Shown here: positions 47,472 to 59,643 of the stretch, piece by piece
Layout: every line of letters begins with the position of its first letter
Numbering within the stretch: position 1 is the stretch's first letter
Assembly (NCBI GenBank): GCA_034434815.1
Contig: DAOTYO010000059.1
Location: 3,082-67,081 of the forward strand
DNA: 64,000 nucleotides
Direction of reading: 5' to 3'
Source: Dehalococcoidia bacterium
Lineage (GTDB): Bacteria > Chloroflexota > Dehalococcoidia > SZUA-161 > SpSt-899
The notes under the pieces: model-generated
The model's input: the letters and a program-made list of their open reading frames with translations, nothing else
Database searches by the model: none
What the model was told of the DNA's origin: nothing
Program-made: the position numbers and the translations under genes

Positions 47472-47643
47472 GCTCACGTCTCCTTGTGCCGATATTCGGA
47501 ATGAGGGGTTCTATAGGTAAATCATGAAACAGGGATGAGTGTCATGTCAAGCTTTCGGAGGCCTTTAGGGGGAAGAAGCGTAGGAAATGTGCGTGGAAAA
47601 GGGGGAATCCGGTCCGGATTCCCCCTTTTTCGGAAACCCAGCG

Positions 47644-48987
47644 TCAGAGGATGGGAAGATACCGCTTGATCTCGTAGTCGGTCACATAGGTGCGGTACCG
47701 ATCCCATTCGATTTTCTTGTTCTCGATGAATTTCTGGAACACGTGCTCGCCGAGCGCTTTACGCACCAGTGGGCTGTTTTCGGCAAGGGTGATGGCCTCT
47801 TGGAGGCTCCCGGGCAGGGTGCCGATCCCCCGGCGCTTGCGCTCTTCATCGCTCATCTCATAGACGTTCTCTTCGACCGGCTCGGGCACTTCGTACTTAT
47901 TGACGATCCCTTCGAGCCCCGCCGCCAACATGACGCTGAAGGCAAGGTATGGGTTGCACGCCGGATCGGGAGAGCGGAACTCGATCCGGGTGGCCTTCTC
48001 CCGGCCGGGTTTGTACTCCGGTACCCGAATGAGATCCGAGCGGTTGCGCCGTGCCCACGAGAGATACACCGGCGCCTCATACCCGGGAACCAGCCGTTTG
48101 TATGAATTGACCCACTGGTTGCACACGGCGGTGATCTCCGGCGCATGTCTGAGGAGCCCGGCGATGAAGTGTTTGGCGATCGCCGAGAGATGATACTTAT
48201 CGTTCGGATCGAAGAAGGCGTTCTGATTGCCCTTGAAAAGGGATTGGTGGCAATGCATGCCGCTTCCGTTGATCCCGAAGATCGGCTTGGGCATGAAGGT
48301 GGCGTACACGCCGTGCCGCAGGGCCACTTGCTTCACCACCAGCCGATAGGTCATCACATTATCGGCCATGGTGAGGGCATCCGTATAGCGCATGTCTATC
48401 TCGTGCTGACTCTGGGCCACCTCGTGATGGGAATACTCGATCCCGATGCCCATCTCCTCGAGGGCCAGCACCGTGTCCCGGCGGTAGTCGGTGGCGGCAT
48501 CGAGGGGGATCAGATCGAAGTATCCGCCTTGGTCCAAGGCTTCGGTGGAGTTCGAATCCTTGAAATAGAAGTACTCAAGCTCCGGTCCGACGTAATAGGT
48601 GTATCCCATCTCGGCGGCGCGCTGGAGGTTCTTCTTGAGGACGTGTCGGGGATCCCCTTCGAACGGTTCACCGGTGGGCTTGTAGATATCGCAGAACATC
48701 CGCGCCACGGCCCGGTGTTCCTTGGGGCGCCACGGGATGAGGCAGAAGGTATCCGGATCCGGCAGGGCGATCATATCGCTCTCGTCGATCCGGGCGAAAC
48801 CTTCGATCGAAGACCCGTCGAATCCCATCCCCTCCTCCAGAGCACCCTCCAGTTCCTCTACCGTGATGGCGAAACTCTTGAGGAACCCCAAAATATCGGT
48901 GAACCATAGACGAATGAATTTGACGTCATGCTCCTTGGCCTTCTTGAGCACATAAGCCTTGCTTTCCTCTCGGTTCTTCGGTCCCAT
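47644..48987 (-). CDS. glnA: Glutamine synthetase type I
   Basis: FDGSSIEGF, GPELEY, HHEVA..QHEI, FMPKP, NGSGMH, YKRLVPGYEAP, IEFRSPD. Confidence 0.97.
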   Translation of the reverse strand: MGPKNREESKAYVLKKAKEHDVKFIRLWFTDILGFLKSFAITVEELEGALEEGMGFDGSSIEGFARIDESDMIALPDPDTFCLIPWRPKEHRAVARMFCDIYKPTGEPFEGDPRHVLKKNLQRAAEMGYTYYVGPELEYFYFKDSNSTEALDQGGYFDLIPLDAATDYRRDTVLALEEMGIGIEYSHHEVAQSQHEIDMRYTDALTMADNVMTYRLVVKQVALRHGVYATFMPKPIFGINGSGMHCHQSLFKGNQNAFFDPNDKYHLSAIAKHFIAGLLRHAPEITAVCNQWVNSYKRLVPGYEAPVYLSWARRNRSDLIRVPEYKPGREKATRIEFRSPDPACNPYLAFSVMLAAGLEGIVNKYEVPEPVEENVYEMSDEERKRRGIGTLPGSLQEAITLAENSPLVRKALGEHVFQKFIENKKIEWDRYRTYVTDYEIKRYLPIL

Positions 48988-49127
48988 AGCGATCTCCTTT
49001 CGAATTGATTGAGTGGAGGCAATTACCGTTCAAAGCCGCTTTTCATTCCCTCATATTGTATCACCTATGCCCGCGCCTGTCTTTCAATCCATGGTAGCGG
49101 GGGAATATTTCGGGAAGATTACGTTTC

Positions 49128-50689
<1,562 letters not shown>

Positions 50690-50734
50690 CTCCGAACTCC
50701 CTACGTTTCTTGATCTTCATCATACGGGCGGATT

Positions 50735-50772
50735 GTTTCCGGTGTTTTGCACTTCTGTTACGGCTGTGTTAC
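50735..50772 (-). promoter_or_regulatory. Four 11-bp periodic boxes upstream of amtB (GlnR/OmpR-like)
   Basis: GTAAC-N6-GTAAC-N6-GCAAA-N6-GAAAC on the minus strand. Confidence 0.55.
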
Positions 50773-50852
50773 GGGGGCAAGACAACGAGATGGTCGAGGG
50801 GCGGGGAAAGGGGGTACTGATGGGAAGGGGGGCGTTTCTGCTCCGGGCGCTG

Positions 50853-52445
50853 CTAGAAGCGGGCTGCCGGCTGGTATTCCCCGTAAACGTCCCGCAGGGC
50901 ATCGCAGATCTCGCCGAGCGTGGCGTAACAGCGGACGGCCTCCAACATCGGCGGCATGATGTTCTCGTTGCCGGAAGCGGCGCGTTTCAGATCCCGCAGG
51001 GCTTGCTTCACCGCCGCTCGATCCCGTTCGGCTCTTACCCGGTTGAGTCGCGCCAGATGCCGGCGCTCGGCCTCTTCATCCACGCGGAGGATAGGGATGG
51101 TGATGGGCTCGTCGAGCTGGCCCTCGTTCACGCCCATGATCACTTTCCGCTTGGTATCGATCTCCCGCTGGTACTTGAAGGCGGCCTCGGCGATCTCCGC
51201 CTGAAAGAAGCCCGTCTCGATCCCCGCCAGAACCCCCCCGATGGCTTCGATTCTTTCGAAGTAATCGTAAACGGCCCGCTCCATCTCGTTGGTGAGGGCT
51301 TCGACCATATAGCTTCCCCCCAGCGGATCCACGCTTCGGGTCACTCCGGTTTCATGGGCGATGATCTGCTGGGTTCTCAGAGCCGTCAGCACCGCCTTCT
51401 CCGAGGGCAGGGCCAGCGCCTCGTCCATCGAATTCGTATGGAGCGATTGGGTTCCCCCCAGCACCGCCGCCAGCGCTTGAAAAGCGGTGCGGACGATGTT
51501 GTTCTCCGGTTGTTGTGCCGTGAGGGTACACCCCGCCGTCTGGGTATGAAAGCGAAGCCACTGGGAGCGCTCGTTGGCGCCGAACCGCTCCTTCATCTCC
51601 CGGGCCCAGATGCGGCGGGCGGCGCGGAATTTGGCGATCTCTTCGAAGAAATCGCTGTGGGCGTTGAAGAAGAACGAAAGGCGCGGCGCAAAATCGTTCA
51701 CCTTCAGTCCCCGTTCGATCGCCGCTTGCACATAGGTGAGGCCGTCGGCCAGAGTGAAGGCCAGCTCCTGCGCCGCCGTTGATCCCGCTTCGCGGATGTG
51801 GTATCCGCTGATGCTGATGGTGTTCCACTTCGGCAGATATTTCGATCCGAATTCGATCGTATCCACCACGAGGCGCATCGAGGGTTCGGGCGGGAAGATA
51901 TAGGAGTTCTGGGCGATATACTCCTTGAGGATATCGTTTTGAATGGTGCCGCCCAGTTTTGCCATCGGGATGCCCCGTTTTTCGGCGGCCGCGATGTACA
52001 TCGCCCAGATCGCCGCCGCCGGGCCGTTGATCGTCATGGAGGTGGTGATTTTATCCACGGGGATGCCATCGAAAAGGATCTCCATATCGGCCAAGGAGGA
52101 GACGGCGACGCCGCATTTGCCGAATTCTCCTCTGGCGCGAGGGTGATCGGTATCGTATCCGATCAGCGTGGGGTAATCGAACGCCACGCTCAGGCCCGTC
52201 TCGCCGTGCTTCAAAAGGTACTTGTACCGGGCGTTGGTCGCCTCCGCGTCGCCGAATCCGGCGAACATGCGCATGGTCCAGAGCTTACCGCGGTATCCGG
52301 TGGCATGGATGCCCCGCGTGAACGGATACCGGCCGGGGAGGCCCAGATCCCTTTCGTAGTCGAATCCGGAAAGGTGCTCCGGCGTGTAAACGGGCTCGAT
52401 GGGGATCCCTGAATCCGTGGTGGGCCTGATCTCTTCCTTCCTCAT
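50853..52445 (-). CDS. B12-dependent acyl-CoA mutase large subunit, isobutyryl-CoA mutase-type residues
   Basis: [49 protein letters not shown]; no B12-binding domain. Confidence 0.88.
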   Translation of the reverse strand: MRKEEIRPTTDSGIPIEPVYTPEHLSGFDYERDLGLPGRYPFTRGIHATGYRGKLWTMRMFAGFGDAEATNARYKYLLKHGETGLSVAFDYPTLIGYDTDHPRARGEFGKCGVAVSSLADMEILFDGIPVDKITTSMTINGPAAAIWAMYIAAAEKRGIPMAKLGGTIQNDILKEYIAQNSYIFPPEPSMRLVVDTIEFGSKYLPKWNTISISGYHIREAGSTAAQELAFTLADGLTYVQAAIERGLKVNDFAPRLSFFFNAHSDFFEEIAKFRAARRIWAREMKERFGANERSQWLRFHTQTAGCTLTAQQPENNIVRTAFQALAAVLGGTQSLHTNSMDEALALPSEKAVLTALRTQQIIAHETGVTRSVDPLGGSYMVEALTNEMERAVYDYFERIEAIGGVLAGIETGFFQAEIAEAAFKYQREIDTKRKVIMGVNEGQLDEPITIPILRVDEEAERRHLARLNRVRAERDRAAVKQALRDLKRAASGNENIMPPMLEAVRCYATLGEICDALRDVYGEYQPAARF

Positions 52446-52458
52446 GGGTGTTCTCCGT

Positions 52459-53601
52459 TTATTTGACCCCCAGAATCTGTCGGGCGATGGTCCACCGCTG
52501 CATCTCGGAGGTGCCCTCGTAGATCTCCGTGATCCGCTGATCGCGGGCGTATCGCTCGAGGGGGAAATCCTTGACATAACCGTAGCCGCCATGGATTTGC
52601 AACGCTTTGTGGCACACGCGGTGCGCCGCCTCGGAGGCAAAGAGTTTGGCCATGGCGGATTCCTTGAGGGGGGCATGTCCGAGCTTTCCCGTAAGCCATG
52701 CCGCCCGATAGACGAGGAGCCGGGCCGCATCGAGATCGGTGGCCATATCGGCGATCATCCATTGGATGGCTTGCATCCGGGCTAGCTCCATGCCGAATTG
52801 CTTTCTTTCCTTGGAGTAAGCTACCGCTGCATCAAAGGCGGCCTGAGCGATCCCCAGCGCCTGTGCCGCAACGCACACGCGGCTGGCATCGATGGCCGAG
52901 AGGGCGATCTTGAATCCCTCCCCTTCCTCACCGATGAGGTTCTCCGCCGGAACCCGGCACTCATCGAAGAGGAGTTCGGCGGTGGAGGAGGGATGCAAGC
53001 CCATCTTCCTCTCGATCTTCCCCACCGCAAAGCCCGGGAAACCCTTCTCCACGATGAATCCGCTGATCCCCTTATAGCCGAGCGAGCGATCCCGGGTGGC
53101 GAATACCGTGAGGATATCCGCCTCCGCCCCGTTGGTGATGAACAGCTTGCTCCCGTTCAGAATGTAGTGATCGCCCCGGCGCGTGTATCGGGTGCCGAGG
53201 GCGGCCACATCGCTGCCGGCCGCCGCTTCCGTGAGCGCGAAGGCGGCCAGTTTGCCGCCGATCACCTCGGGGATGTACCGGCGTTTTTGCGCCTCGTTTC
53301 CGAAGAGGGTGATCGGATACATGGCCAGACCCACCGCCGCAAGATACATTGCCCCCAAGCCCCCCGAGCCGCGGGAGATCTCCTCGGTGGCGATGGCGAA
53401 GGTGAGTTCGTCTCCGCTCCCTCCGTATTCTTCCGGGAAGTGAACCCCGAAAAAGCCGAGCTCGGCCATCTTTTCAATCGTATCGAAGGGGAATTGCTCA
53501 TGCTCGTCCCACGCGGCGGCGTGCGGCTCGATCTCTTTGGCGACAAATTCCCTCAGCATCCGCTGAAAGAGGATATGATCTTCACCCAGTTCAAAATCCA
53601 T
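52459..53601 (-). CDS. Acyl-CoA dehydrogenase (short/branched-chain type)
   Basis: [41 protein letters not shown]. Confidence 0.93.
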   Translation of the reverse strand: MDFELGEDHILFQRMLREFVAKEIEPHAAAWDEHEQFPFDTIEKMAELGFFGVHFPEEYGGSGDELTFAIATEEISRGSGGLGAMYLAAVGLAMYPITLFGNEAQKRRYIPEVIGGKLAAFALTEAAAGSDVAALGTRYTRRGDHYILNGSKLFITNGAEADILTVFATRDRSLGYKGISGFIVEKGFPGFAVGKIERKMGLHPSSTAELLFDECRVPAENLIGEEGEGFKIALSAIDASRVCVAAQALGIAQAAFDAAVAYSKERKQFGMELARMQAIQWMIADMATDLDAARLLVYRAAWLTGKLGHAPLKESAMAKLFASEAAHRVCHKALQIHGGYGYVKDFPLERYARDQRITEIYEGTSEMQRWTIARQILGVK

Positions 53602-53775
53602 TCCGATCCTCCTTCTCCCCGGAACGCCGGCACCAGAGGCAATCTTCCCTTCCCTTAGGGGTATGGTATCATATCCCCCGCTCTCCGGAGGATAAAGCCG
53701 ATCTCCGGCCGGCGCGGAAAGCGTTCGATTTTGCCTCTCTTTGAGAGGAAACTGTAAGCAAGCCTCGACTACCCG

Positions 53776-55038
53776 CTAGCGGGAGACGATGCTGGTGTAG
53801 GGAGACATGATGGCGAACACGGCAAGGTGCCCCAAGAGAAAAGCGATCACGAGCCCGCGGATGGCCCATGCGCCCCCGTATCTGAAGTTGGATGAGAGGT
53901 GCCATATCTGGGAGAGCGCCAGCGAGAGGATCATGTAGAGAGCTCCGATGCTCGGATAGAAGTAGAATTTGAACATGATCCGATCGCTGACAAGATCGCT
54001 CAGGATCAGACTGAGATAAGTGGCCGCAAACCAACCCAGAGCAAAGAGGCACAGGGAGTTCCCTCGAACGGCGGGCAGTCCCCACAAGGGCGGTTCGGAG
54101 GTGCCCGAAGGGGAGGGGTATCCCCCACGATTCAGGAGCCGCGGCAGAGGATTGGACGAGCGCCGGAGGGCCCGGTAGGTCCCGAAAGCCATGATCGGAA
54201 TGATCAACGCCCCCAACGTATAGTTGGGGCATCCCTGATAAGCCGGTTTATACCAGAACCACATCGGCTCCCAAAACTTGATCACCCATTCCCACGGATG
54301 GCTCATGGCCTCATGATGGCTGCCCGAAAAGGTGATGCTCGATAGCAGACGATACATTTCGGAGAGCCGCTCCCAAGGCCAATGGAATTTGTGGAGTGCG
54401 AGGAGTTCCAATGGCGGCAGCAGGGCCAGAAACACCACAGCGGCGGAGATGATGAGCTTAAGTCCCTCGCGCCACTCGCCGCGGCGCACGAAGAACCAGT
54501 GGAGCAAGATGGGAATGATGGCAAGTACCCCGGTGAGTTTCACCAGAGTGCCGAGTGCCACCATTGCCCCCGCCCCGATGTATTTGCCCCTCAGATACAA
54601 GAGAAAGGCGGCCAGCATCAGGGTGACCACGAATTCCTCGAGCATGGCCACGTGCGATTGCGCAAAATGGTTGTTATCGAAAGCAAACAGAAACACAGCG
54701 AGCAGGGGAACCCACTTTCGAGCGGTGAGATTCTGGCAGATGAGATAGAACAGGATGATCGAGGCGGCGCCGAAGAGAATGGGGAAGAATCGCCATCCGA
54801 ACGGTTCGTCTCCGAAAGCCCAGATCCCCAAGGCAATGAGGAGCTTCCCGAGCGGCGGGTGTTCCACATTCCCCATGGATTCTCCATCGAGGAAGCGATT
54901 GGCCGCTTTCACATAGTGCTGTTCATCGAACATCTGGCTGTGGACTTGATCGATGATAACGAAGTGCAGGATGAGAATGAGGGCGGCAAGCGATAGGGCC
55001 AGCAGGTTTTCCGGCTTCTTGAACCAGTGGAGGGACAT
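53776..55038 (-). CDS. GT-C (PMT/ArnT-like, GT39) membrane glycosyltransferase
   Basis: MFDEQHY, EHPPLGK, GWRF, SHPWEW, multiple TM helices. Confidence 0.85.
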   Translation of the reverse strand: MSLHWFKKPENLLALSLAALILILHFVIIDQVHSQMFDEQHYVKAANRFLDGESMGNVEHPPLGKLLIALGIWAFGDEPFGWRFFPILFGAASIILFYLICQNLTARKWVPLLAVFLFAFDNNHFAQSHVAMLEEFVVTLMLAAFLLYLRGKYIGAGAMVALGTLVKLTGVLAIIPILLHWFFVRRGEWREGLKLIISAAVVFLALLPPLELLALHKFHWPWERLSEMYRLLSSITFSGSHHEAMSHPWEWVIKFWEPMWFWYKPAYQGCPNYTLGALIIPIMAFGTYRALRRSSNPLPRLLNRGGYPSPSGTSEPPLWGLPAVRGNSLCLFALGWFAATYLSLILSDLVSDRIMFKFYFYPSIGALYMILSLALSQIWHLSSNFRYGGAWAIRGLVIAFLLGHLAVFAIMSPYTSIVSR

Positions 55039-55166
55039 CGGGGCCTTCTATTTTTTCCTTCTAGTATACTCGTAAAAGAAGGTTCGATCAAAAAAACGGG
55101 ACCATGGACGATGTGGAGAAGAAATCCAGAAGTGCCTTCACAGCCAAACGGAGTTTGGGCTTCGTT

Positions 55167-57419
55167 TCAGTCCCCTTTCCCGTTCCCGGATTGCCCCATG
55201 TCCGCTCGCGGACGGCCGTCATGGGCTTTCTCCCTTTGGATTCGGGGCAGCCATTCGAGCCACTTCGGCAGATACCAATTGCGGTTACCCAGCAATCGCA
55301 TGGCGGATGGTACGATCACCGAGCGGATGACGCTGGCATCCAGAAAAACGGCCACCGCCAGCCCGAAGCCCATCTGCTGGAACATCACCAGATCCCCGGC
55401 GGCAAATGCAACGAACACGATCACCATGATGAGCGCGGCGCCGGTGATGATTCCTCCCGTGGTCCTCAGCCCGAAGGCTACCGACTCGGTGTTATCCCGC
55501 GTTGCATCGAATTGCTCCCGGATCCGGCTGAGCAAGAACACATGATAATCCATCGAGAGCCCGAAGAGGATACAGAAGAGGAAAATCGGTACCCAAGCCT
55601 CGAACGCGTTCGTTTGCTGAAACCCCAGAATGCCCGCCCCGATTCCGTGCTGAAAGACCAGCACCACCAATCCGTATGCGGCCCCGACGGAAAGGAGATT
55701 CATGAGGATGGCCTTGGTCGGGACCACGATGGATCGAAAGACGATGGTAAGAAGCGCGAAGCTCAGGCTCAGCACGAAGGCGAACACGATGGGCATGTAA
55801 TGGCCGGTGAGGTTGATGTAATCAATGTGAATCGCTGTGGAGCCGGTGACGAACACTTGGGCTTCGGTGCCGGCAAAGGCTTCCGGGATATGGGTCTTTC
55901 GAAGGGCTTTCACCGCTCGGATCGCCTCTTCTTCCGTAGGATCGCCCATCACGGGGGCTGAGATGAGGGCGATATCCCGTTCCGGACCAATCTGAAGAGA
56001 GGGCTTGCCGAAGAAAGCCGGGTCGGATTGGATAGTATCCATCAGTTGCTCGATCCCGTTCTTCACCCCTTCATCATCGATCGGCCCAAGGACGACGATC
56101 TTTGCCGGCGTGAGGAGGCCGAAGGAGAAATCCTCCTGAAGGATGCGGAACCCTTCTTTTGATTCGATGCTTTCCGGGAGGGTGCTCACGCCTGCGGCGC
56201 CCAACTCCATCGAGAGAATGGGCACGGCGGCGGCCATGAGGATCGCTACAGAAAGGATCAAGCTGAGCACCGGTCGGCGCATGACCCGGCGGGTGGCCCA
56301 ATCCCAGAAGCTGGGTTGACCTGCGCCGGTTCGGCCAAGGGTTCGGCCGGGGAAGGGAATGCGCCATGAATTGATCCGATCGCCGAGGATGCTCAGCATT
56401 GCGGGAAGGAGCGTGAGCGCGGCGCTTACGGCCATTGTCACCGCCAGAATGGCTCCCGTGGCAAGGCTCCGGAAGAGCGTCATGGGAACCATGAGCATGC
56501 CGAAGAGGGCGAGCACGACCGTTATGCCACTGAACAGCACGGCCCTGCTCGCCGTCCCGCCCGCGATCTCGATGGCTTGGAGTTTTTCCATCCCCCGCCT
56601 TCGTTCTTCTCGATAGCGGGAAAGGATGAAGAGGGAATAATCGATGCCGAGCGAAAGGCCCATCGCCACGATCATGTTGGTCACGAAAACGGAGAACTCA
56701 TAGCCTTGCCCGATCACGGCCGTCAGTCCGATGGCGATGAGGATGGCAAAGCCCCCGATGATCAGGGGAAGAAAAGCGGCCACGATCGCGCCGAAGACGA
56801 TCACCAGAACCACGAGGGCGATCGGGATGCCGAAGAACTCCGCCGTTCGAAGATCTTTTTCCGCTACTTCCATCCAATCCTTGCTCAGGCTGGCATCCCC
56901 GGTGATGAGGATGGTGAAGGGGCTTTCTCTATCGGCCCGGTTGACGATTGCCCGCACCCGGTCGATGTGCTTCTCCGCATCATTGAGGTCCCCGGCCATG
57001 ACGAGGGGCACGATGGTCGTCCGCCGATCCGCTGAGACGAGCGCTTCCGCACCGGTCCGATAGTAGGAGAGTCCGCTTTCCACGATAGAGGGGCCGAGGG
57101 CGAGGATCTCATCGTACAGGGCCTCGACGGCGGTGCGGAACTCGGCATCATCCACGGTGAGGGGGCTTTGCGGCGGGGAGCGGACGATGACGATCTCCTC
57201 GATCTTGCGGGGCATTTGGAGGCGCTCTTCGATGAGGTCTGAGCCCCGTTTGGATTCGGGGGTGGTGGCGAAGTTTACCTCGCTCGTGAGCACATCTTGG
57301 AGGAACAGAGAGGCTAGAACGATGGCGATGATCAGGCAGAGCCCCCAGATGCCGATCATTCTCCATGGATGGCGGGCGCTGGTGCGGGCCAGCGAAGCGG
57401 GGGATAGATGTTTGAACAT
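55167..57419 (-). CDS. MMPL/RND-family transporter
   Basis: GLSLGIDYSLF, TASRAVLFSG, GLSMDYHVFL, TGAALIM, LDASVIR. Confidence 0.92.
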   Translation of the reverse strand: MFKHLSPASLARTSARHPWRMIGIWGLCLIIAIVLASLFLQDVLTSEVNFATTPESKRGSDLIEERLQMPRKIEEIVIVRSPPQSPLTVDDAEFRTAVEALYDEILALGPSIVESGLSYYRTGAEALVSADRRTTIVPLVMAGDLNDAEKHIDRVRAIVNRADRESPFTILITGDASLSKDWMEVAEKDLRTAEFFGIPIALVVLVIVFGAIVAAFLPLIIGGFAILIAIGLTAVIGQGYEFSVFVTNMIVAMGLSLGIDYSLFILSRYREERRRGMEKLQAIEIAGGTASRAVLFSGITVVLALFGMLMVPMTLFRSLATGAILAVTMAVSAALTLLPAMLSILGDRINSWRIPFPGRTLGRTGAGQPSFWDWATRRVMRRPVLSLILSVAILMAAAVPILSMELGAAGVSTLPESIESKEGFRILQEDFSFGLLTPAKIVVLGPIDDEGVKNGIEQLMDTIQSDPAFFGKPSLQIGPERDIALISAPVMGDPTEEEAIRAVKALRKTHIPEAFAGTEAQVFVTGSTAIHIDYINLTGHYMPIVFAFVLSLSFALLTIVFRSIVVPTKAILMNLLSVGAAYGLVVLVFQHGIGAGILGFQQTNAFEAWVPIFLFCILFGLSMDYHVFLLSRIREQFDATRDNTESVAFGLRTTGGIITGAALIMVIVFVAFAAGDLVMFQQMGFGLAVAVFLDASVIRSVIVPSAMRLLGNRNWYLPKWLEWLPRIQREKAHDGRPRADMGQSGNGKGD

Positions 57420-57437
57420 TGAACCCTTTGCCGGTGA

Positions 57438-57935
57438 TCAGTCCTGACGTTTAGCGCACTCGGATCCCTTGCCCGAGAGCATCTCAAGTCCATGGGGCAG
57501 GGCGGGAAGGATCGCTTCGAGACATTCGCGAACGGCCCTGGGGCTTCCGGGAAGGTTGATGACGAGCGTCCGTTTGATGATGCCGGAAACCCCCCGGCTC
57601 AGCATTCCGCGGGGGGTCTTCTTCATGCTTTCGGCGCGCATGGCTTCGGAAAAACCGGGGGTGAGTTTCTCGAGCACGGCCAGGGTTGCCTCGGGGGTCA
57701 CGTCTCGTGGGGCAAGGCCGGTTCCGCCGGTGGTCAGAATGAGATCGATCCCCGTGGCATCGGCCCATTCGATGAGCGTGCCGGAGATGGCATCCTTCTC
57801 ATCGGGGACGATCTTGTAGCGAACGACCCGTGCCCCCATGCCTGTGATGATCTCCCGGATGACTTGACCGCTCTCATCCTTACGTTCCCCCCGGGAGCCC
57901 TTATCGCTGATGGTCAGTATGCCTACGGTGAACAT
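57438..57935 (-). CDS. mog: Molybdopterin adenylyltransferase (Mog/MoaB)
   Basis: LTISDK, DESG, TTGGTG.APRDVTPEAT, LPGSP. Confidence 0.9.
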   Translation of the reverse strand: MFTVGILTISDKGSRGERKDESGQVIREIITGMGARVVRYKIVPDEKDAISGTLIEWADATGIDLILTTGGTGLAPRDVTPEATLAVLEKLTPGFSEAMRAESMKKTPRGMLSRGVSGIIKRTLVINLPGSPRAVRECLEAILPALPHGLEMLSGKGSECAKRQD

Positions 57936-57981
57936 CTTTTTTATCCCTTTCGGCATTCGGTGGCGATGGTGCCGGATGCCC

Positions 57982-59238
57982 CTACCGTTGCTTGAAATAG
58001 GTGATGACCTCGCCCGGCGCAAGGCGCCGTTGCTGCCCGTCGGCCATCTCCTTGAGCATCACCAAGCCGTCCCGGAGCTCGTCTTCCCCGATGATCAGCA
58101 CATGTCCGGCCCCGAGCGCATTGGCCTGACGCAATTGGGCCTTCAGGCTTCGCCCGGGGGAAGCGGTGATCACCCCGATCCCTTCGCGCCGGAGGCGGGC
58201 TGCGTACTCCATGGCTTTCGTCTCTGTGCCCTCGCCGAAGAAAGCGATGAAAACCCCCGGTTTGCCGGGGCGCGGGATCTCGACTCCGGCCCGCTGCAAG
58301 TTGAGAATGACGCGCTCGATGCCCGTGGCAAAGCCGATCGCGGGGGTGGGTTTTCCGCCAAGGGCTTCGATGAGATTATCGTATCGCCCTCCTCCCCCCA
58401 CCGTGCTTTGGGCCCCTTGAGCCCCGGGCGGTTGGATCTCGAAGACCGTCTTGGTATAGTAATCGAGCCCGCGTACGAGCCGGTGCTCCACTTCGAACGG
58501 GTGATTGAGCAACCGGAGGTGGCTCTCGAGGGACTGAAAGTGCCGGGCGCATTCCCCGCAAAGGTGATCCGTGCTGCGGGGGGCCTTCTCCGTGAGGGGG
58601 ATGCACATTTCGTTCTTGCAATCGAGAAGCCTCAGGGGATTGCGTTCCGCCCGCCGTTTGCAATCGGGGCACAAGCGGTCCAGTTTATCCGCGTAATAAG
58701 CCTTGAGGCGATTGAGGTATTCCGGCCGGCAGTTGGGGCACCCGATGCTGTTGATCTTGAGGACAAGGTCTCTCAAGCCCAGAGAGGAATAGAAAGCGAT
58801 GGCCATGTCGATGACTTCGGCATCGAGGAGAGGGGATGCGTCTCCGATGGCCTCGGCGCCGAATTGCCAGTGCTGGCGGAAGCGGCCTGCCTGCGGCCTT
58901 TCGTACCGGAAGATCGGCGCGATGTAGTACAAACGGACGGGTTGAGGGAGGTTGGCCATGCCGTGCTCGATATAGGCCCGGCACACGGGCGCCGTTCCTT
59001 CGGGCCGGAGCGTGAGGGGGTCTTTGCTCCGGTCTTCGAAGGTGTACATCTCCTTCTCGACGATGTCCGTTCCTTCGCCGATGCCTCTCACGAACAGACG
59101 CGCATCTTCGAATACCGGCGTGTCGATCCGCTCGTATCCGTAAAGGCGGCAGACCGCGGCGGCCTTCTCCTTTACAAAATGCCAGAGCGCTTGATCTTGG
59201 GGCAGGATATCAACGGTGCCGCGCGGCGTGCGATACAC
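57982..59238 (-). CDS. hisS: Histidine--tRNA ligase
   Basis: PRGTVD, KEMY, LRPEGTA, RYERPQAGR, LVRGLDYY, GGGRYD. Confidence 0.97.
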   Translation of the reverse strand: MYRTPRGTVDILPQDQALWHFVKEKAAAVCRLYGYERIDTPVFEDARLFVRGIGEGTDIVEKEMYTFEDRSKDPLTLRPEGTAPVCRAYIEHGMANLPQPVRLYYIAPIFRYERPQAGRFRQHWQFGAEAIGDASPLLDAEVIDMAIAFYSSLGLRDLVLKINSIGCPNCRPEYLNRLKAYYADKLDRLCPDCKRRAERNPLRLLDCKNEMCIPLTEKAPRSTDHLCGECARHFQSLESHLRLLNHPFEVEHRLVRGLDYYTKTVFEIQPPGAQGAQSTVGGGGRYDNLIEALGGKPTPAIGFATGIERVILNLQRAGVEIPRPGKPGVFIAFFGEGTETKAMEYAARLRREGIGVITASPGRSLKAQLRQANALGAGHVLIIGEDELRDGLVMLKEMADGQQRRLAPGEVITYFKQR

Positions 59239-59310
59239 TCCCCGTCTCCTTAAGAAAAGTCCATTCTAGCATATCCCATGGAATCGATACGTGTAAAGAT
59301 TGGGTATCTT

Positions 59311-59519
59311 GCCAAGAAGAGCGATTCAGCTTTGCGGTCTTCACCCTCGGGTGACTGACCATGTGATCACCTCATTCCGGACTTTGTCCCGGAATTCCCC
59401 CACCCCATGAACGATCGGCCTTCTCCGATCCCACCCACCCGCCCTAAGGGGCTTCTTGGGGACACCCCCAATCCCCCGAGAGAGGTATCTTGTGGACTCT
59501 CTTCTTCAATGGGCGTGGG
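59311..59519 (+). mobile_element. MITE copy F (right TIR degenerate)
   Basis: Left end GCCAAGAAGAGCGATT; colinear internal match including the hairpin and G4 motif. Confidence 0.83.
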
Positions 59520-59525
59520 CACGAG

Positions 59526-59554
59526 TTGCATTTGCGCAGGCGGGGATTTACAAT
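59526..59554 (+). promoter_or_regulatory. Sigma70-type promoter of serC-serA
   Basis: TTGCAT-N17-TACAAT. Confidence 0.65.
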
Positions 59555-59643
59555 AGAGCGCGGTTGACCTTGTCGGCCGATTTGAACTCTGCTCAAGTGC
59601 AAGCTTGATCCGCCCATGACGGGTACGAGTGAAAGGGGACGAG

